DNA from: an uncultured Bacilli bacterium
GTDB lineage: Bacteria > Bacillota_I > Bacilli_A > RF39 > UBA660
Length of the DNA stretch: 16,099 nucleotides
NCBI GenBank assembly: GCA_947598285.1
Contig: CANQFE010000026.1
Location: 1-16,099, forward strand
Reading direction: 5' to 3'
Part shown: in pieces, positions 12,842 to 16,099 of the stretch
Layout of the letters: each line of letters opens with the position of its first letter
How positions within the stretch are numbered: the stretch's first letter is position 1
The notes under the pieces: generated by a model
Database searches by the model: none
Told to the model about the DNA's origin: nothing
The model's input: only the letters and a program-made list of their open reading frames with translations
Position numbers and translations under genes: made by a program

Positions 12842-14161
12842 ATGAATTGTGATGTAGAATTGATAAAAAGAAAAATGCTTGTAAAATATCCTTTTTTTGG
12901 TAGTGTTATAGCTAATGTTGATTATAAAGAAAATATGGAGATTGAAAGAGCATGTACGGATGGAATGACAATATATTTTAATCCAAATTCTTTAAAGCGA
13001 ATAAAAATGGAAGAACAAATTTTTATTTTTGCACATGAAGTGTGTCATATTGCTTTTGATCATATTAATAGAAGTGAAGGCAAAGATTTCAAAATATGGG
13101 ATATTGCCACGGATGGTGTTATAAACCAATTTTTAAAACGGGATGGTTTAAAAATTCCTAATGGTATGATAGATATACCCGAAGCAATCAATTATGATGC
13201 TGAAGAATTGTATGAAAAATTACTAAAAAAGAACCAACAAAACAAAGAACAAAATAGCCAAGGTGATTTGCAAAAACAACGAGACTCATCAGGGCAAAAA
13301 AATTCTTCAGATGAAGAAAACTCTTTTGAAAACCAAAATAATGATGTAAATCATGATACTCATAGTATGTGGAAAGATGCATTAAAAAGAAAAAAAGAAA
13401 ATGAAGAAATGAAAAAACAACAAGAAAATAAATTACAACAAGAAATCGATAAAATTAGTGACATGGGTGAAAAAGAAGCTTTTCATAAGAATTTAGAAGA
13501 AAAAAAACAGGAATTAGAAACATTAAAACAAGTTTTATCTAAAGAATTAATGAAAGCTGGAACATCTACGAATGAAGAGCAATTTACCATAGATGATATA
13601 GGAAAATCTAAACCGATGATAGATTGGAGATATGTTCTAAGAGAAGCGATTCAATATGATGTTGATTGGTCTTATAAAAATGCTTATATTGAGGATGGTG
13701 TAATAAGTGCAAATTTAGAAGAACAACCTTTGCCTGAAACAGAAATTTTATTAGATACTAGTGGTTCTATAGATGAATCTCTTCTTAAAAACTTTTTAAG
13801 AGAATGTAAAAATATTTTACAATATTCCAAAATAAAAGTTGGTTGTTTTGATGACAAATTTTATGGATTCCATGAAATTAGAAACGAAAAAGATATAGAA
13901 AATATGAAGTTTGAAGGTAAAGGAGGAACAGATTTTACTGTTGCGGTAAAAGCATTTACAAGAAGAGTAGAAAACAAAATCATTTTTACGGATGGATATG
14001 CAAGTATGCCAGATATTTCATTAAATGCTATTTGGATCGTTTTTGGAACAGAAGAAATTAAACCTAAAGGTGGAAAAGTAATTCAAATAAATGAAGAACA
14101 ATTAAATAGATTATATTCTCTTGAACAAGATATGTCTTATAAAAGAAAAAAAGAATTATGA
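12842..14161 (+). CDS. Putative metallopeptidase (HExxH) plus von Willebrand A-like protein, DUF2201_N/DUF2201 architecture
   Basis: N-terminus YPFFGSVIANV ... CTDGMTIYFNPN ... FIFAHEVCHIAFDH (HEVCH at 13034-13048) ... WDIATDGVINQFL ... DAEELYEKL. C-terminus has MIDAS-like LLDTSGSID (DTSGS at 13754-13768), GKGGTDFT and IIFTDGYASMP...AIWIVF. A ~120-aa Q/N/K/E-rich linker sits between them. GAAGGTAAG RBS; 10-nt gap after the upstream gene. Confidence 0.8.
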   Translation: MNCDVELIKRKMLVKYPFFGSVIANVDYKENMEIERACTDGMTIYFNPNSLKRIKMEEQIFIFAHEVCHIAFDHINRSEGKDFKIWDIATDGVINQFLKRDGLKIPNGMIDIPEAINYDAEELYEKLLKKNQQNKEQNSQGDLQKQRDSSGQKNSSDEENSFENQNNDVNHDTHSMWKDALKRKKENEEMKKQQENKLQQEIDKISDMGEKEAFHKNLEEKKQELETLKQVLSKELMKAGTSTNEEQFTIDDIGKSKPMIDWRYVLREAIQYDVDWSYKNAYIEDGVISANLEEQPLPETEILLDTSGSIDESLLKNFLRECKNILQYSKIKVGCFDDKFYGFHEIRNEKDIENMKFEGKGGTDFTVAVKAFTRRVENKIIFTDGYASMPDISLNAIWIVFGTEEIKPKGGKVIQINEEQLNRLYSLEQDMSYKRKKEL

Positions 14162-16045
14162 TAGAAAAATATAAGGGTGGTTTGTATGAATTTTAATATC
14201 GATTTTGATATAGAATTAACTTTACTTTCAGAAGAAGAAATTTTTGGGAAAAATCAATTAGATGTTCTAAGAAAATATGGAACTCAATCTGCGATCACTG
14301 ATTTAGCTATTTTGACAGGTGGGATTTGCAGCAAAAAGTGTTATGTTCCTGATGATACTAGTTTAAAAGGTCGTACAGTACCGTATTATACAAAATCTTC
14401 TTTTTATGAGAACGATCTATGTATAGATTTAGCTGGCAATATGATGTTTAGACATCGTTGTAGCCGATCTGAAGGCATTCGTCCCATTATAAAAAACTCT
14501 ACAATCTTTGATTCTCTCTATCCAAACAGAATAAAGGGTTATAATGGATGTGAAGTAGTGGAGTTCGGAGAATATCCTCAATATGCTCCAATTTCCGATG
14601 TACAAGAATTATTAGAAAAAAAATATCAAGTAATAGATTTACGTAAAACAGGGAAAAAATATACTTTTGATTCTACAGCTTACAGTAATTTTTCCCAATC
14701 TTTTCGACCTGTTACTTATGAGGAATATGAATATAATGAAAAAAAATATATTAGAGTAGAAGCAAGATCCTGTTGTCAAGATTTTCAGTTATCAAATTAT
14801 GAAGAATATAAAAATGGAGATAATGTATGGGTAGAAGTCTCTCCAGTTGTATGGTTGATAGATGAGGAAACAAAAAGTTTAGTATGTAAAAGAGGACTTT
14901 TGTCTGGAATAAGATTTCATACAGATTCTAAAAAATACAATGGTGATTTTAATACAACAGAACTGAAAGAATATTTAGATAAACATATGTCAAAAGAATT
15001 ATTTCAAAATATAACATTGGAAGAATATCAAAAACTGGAAGAACAAGAAAAAAAAGCTAAAAAAAGAATAAACCCTTATGGATTAAAGTTTAACAATGTA
15101 AGTGAAGAAGATATAATAAAAGGATCGATTGAAAGTGGAGTTCCTGTATTTTTACATGGACCATCAAGTGAAGGAAAAAGTGCTAGAGTAAAACAAATTG
15201 ATCCCGATTGTACAATTATTTATTTAAGAAATGCAACACCTGATAGTTTGAATGGCAAAAGTGTTTATCATTCAGAAACAGGAGAAATGATAGATGTAAA
15301 ACCAACATGGTTAAAAAAATTAGAAACGAAATGTGAAAATGAACCAGAGAAATTACATATCGTATTCTTTGATGAACTTACAAATGCATTACCAAGTATC
15401 CAAGGAATTGCTTTTAATATAATATTAGATAAAGAAGTGAATGGAATATGGAAGTTACCAGAGAATGCCAGAATCGTTGCAGCAGGAAATGAAATGAAAG
15501 ATTCCTTATCAGCCAATCAACTATCTGAACCATTATTTAATCGATTTGCCCATGTTTATATAAAAACAACTACAGAAAGTTGGTTACAATGGGCAAGTGA
15601 ACATCATATTCATCCAGCAATTTATTCATATATAGCATATAAAAAGGGAAAAACATTAAGAAGTAAATATGATGGCGAAAAACCAAATGCTGATCCAAGG
15701 AAATGGGAAATGGCCTCAAAGATGCTTTATGCTACAGGAAAACCAGAGATGTTAAGAGCTTTAGTAGGAGAAGAAATTACGAAAGATTTTGTAGAGTTTT
15801 GTAAGCAAGAAGTAATCACATTAAAAGATGTGCTACAAGATAACTATAGCAAAGAAGATATTCAAAGACTCAATACAGCATCGAAATATGCAACAGCAGT
15901 AACATTATCTCAAGTAGATGAAGAGAATATGGCAAAGGTAAGGCAATTCATTACAAATCTAGGAGCAGAATTTGTCGCAATATTTGATTCATTATGGAAT
16001 CAAGAAAATGAATCAAGGTTAGAACAAGTTTTAGAACAAAGACTT
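14160..16045 (+). repeat. Direct duplication, copy B; perfect core at 15052-15958
   Basis: See copy A. The duplication starts at the stop codon of the vWA gene and includes the RBS (AAGGGTGG versus AAGGGAGG). Confidence 0.95.
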
Positions 16046-16099
16046 ACAAATTCAGTAGAAAAAAGAATATTACAAAAAAACGTTGAATTAAAAATTTAA
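14186..16099 (+). CDS. AAA+ ATPase of the MoxR/AAA_5 type with a diverged N-terminal extension; paralogue B
   Basis: ATG at 14186 (the track start at 14177 is a GTG) with an AAGGGTGG RBS. The Walker A, Walker B and sensor motifs are the same as in paralogue A, within the identical tract. The N-terminus differs (GGICSKKCYVPDDTSLKGRTVPYYTKSSFYENDLCIDLAGNMMFRHRCSRSEGIRPIIK) and the C-terminal tail is distinct (TNSVEKRILQKNVELKI). The TAA stop is the last 3 bases of the window. Confidence 0.8.
   Translation: MNFNIDFDIELTLLSEEEIFGKNQLDVLRKYGTQSAITDLAILTGGICSKKCYVPDDTSLKGRTVPYYTKSSFYENDLCIDLAGNMMFRHRCSRSEGIRPIIKNSTIFDSLYPNRIKGYNGCEVVEFGEYPQYAPISDVQELLEKKYQVIDLRKTGKKYTFDSTAYSNFSQSFRPVTYEEYEYNEKKYIRVEARSCCQDFQLSNYEEYKNGDNVWVEVSPVVWLIDEETKSLVCKRGLLSGIRFHTDSKKYNGDFNTTELKEYLDKHMSKELFQNITLEEYQKLEEQEKKAKKRINPYGLKFNNVSEEDIIKGSIESGVPVFLHGPSSEGKSARVKQIDPDCTIIYLRNATPDSLNGKSVYHSETGEMIDVKPTWLKKLETKCENEPEKLHIVFFDELTNALPSIQGIAFNIILDKEVNGIWKLPENARIVAAGNEMKDSLSANQLSEPLFNRFAHVYIKTTTESWLQWASEHHIHPAIYSYIAYKKGKTLRSKYDGEKPNADPRKWEMASKMLYATGKPEMLRALVGEEITKDFVEFCKQEVITLKDVLQDNYSKEDIQRLNTASKYATAVTLSQVDEENMAKVRQFITNLGAEFVAIFDSLWNQENESRLEQVLEQRLTNSVEKRILQKNVELKI

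Noticed and set aside
9327-14185. Longer track start sites: 9327, 9646, 9930, 10535 (TTG) and 14177 (GTG)
   Set aside because: In each case an internal ATG (9342, 9706, 10032, 10562, 14186) has a proper Shine-Dalgarno 5-10 nt upstream. The longer versions overlap the preceding gene or run through predicted terminator and promoter signals. The two ATPase paralogues share the MN(Y/F)N start.
11422-15958. Invertible/shufflon-type switching between the two ATPase genes
   Set aside because: The repeats are direct, not inverted, and no recombinase gene is present. Recombination would delete or duplicate rather than invert.
1-16099. Mycoplasma/Spiroplasma genetic code (TGA = Trp), considered because of the very low GC content
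   Set aside because: Well-supported genes end at TGA (for example 2557-2559, 9299-9301, 12829-12831 and 14159-14161), conserved Trp positions use TGG, and the ORFs are full length under the standard code.
1-16099. CRISPR arrays, tRNA/rRNA genes, IS elements and integrases
   Set aside because: I saw no short regularly spaced repeats, no cloverleaf-capable GC-rich segments in intergenic DNA, and no transposase or recombinase-like ORFs. The intergenic regions are short and explained by promoters and terminators.

Overview
Visibly AT-rich, standard-code segment (TGA is used as a stop, Trp is TGG), consistent with a Firmicutes/Bacilli-type chromosome. I found no rRNA, tRNA, CRISPR array, transposase or integrase. 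Bases 1-10460 are ordinary. They hold the 3' part of a surface-type protein, a convergent pair of small membrane proteins (holin-like), and then a co-directional housekeeping run: an NT5C-type HAD nucleotidase, a NOL1/NOP2/Sun rRNA m5C methyltransferase, enolase, topoisomerase IV parE-parC, ylbD/ylbE-like small genes, and one unknown gene with its own near-consensus promoter. Bases ~10537-16099 are the interesting part, a tightly packed four-gene cassette. Gene 1 is a 624-aa protein with a ~285-aa N-terminal extension fused to a MoxR/AAA_5-like AAA+ ATPase. Gene 2 is a translationally coupled 131-aa protein that looks like a Walker-A-less, catalytically dead AAA+ half-domain. Gene 3 is a 439-aa HExxH metallopeptidase plus vWA (MIDAS DxSGS) protein of the DUF2201 type. 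Gene 4 is a second, paralogous 637-aa ATPase. The two ATPase genes are mosaics. A 907-bp tract covering the ATPase and C-terminal module is base-for-base identical. The N-terminal region has diverged, including synonymous changes, and carries a hypervariable patch with an indel and an excess of amino-acid-changing differences. I read this as a candidate uncharacterised NTPase/vWA-protease conflict (defence-like) system with a constant motor and diversified sensor heads. All functional calls come from motif recognition by eye and need profile or structure searches.
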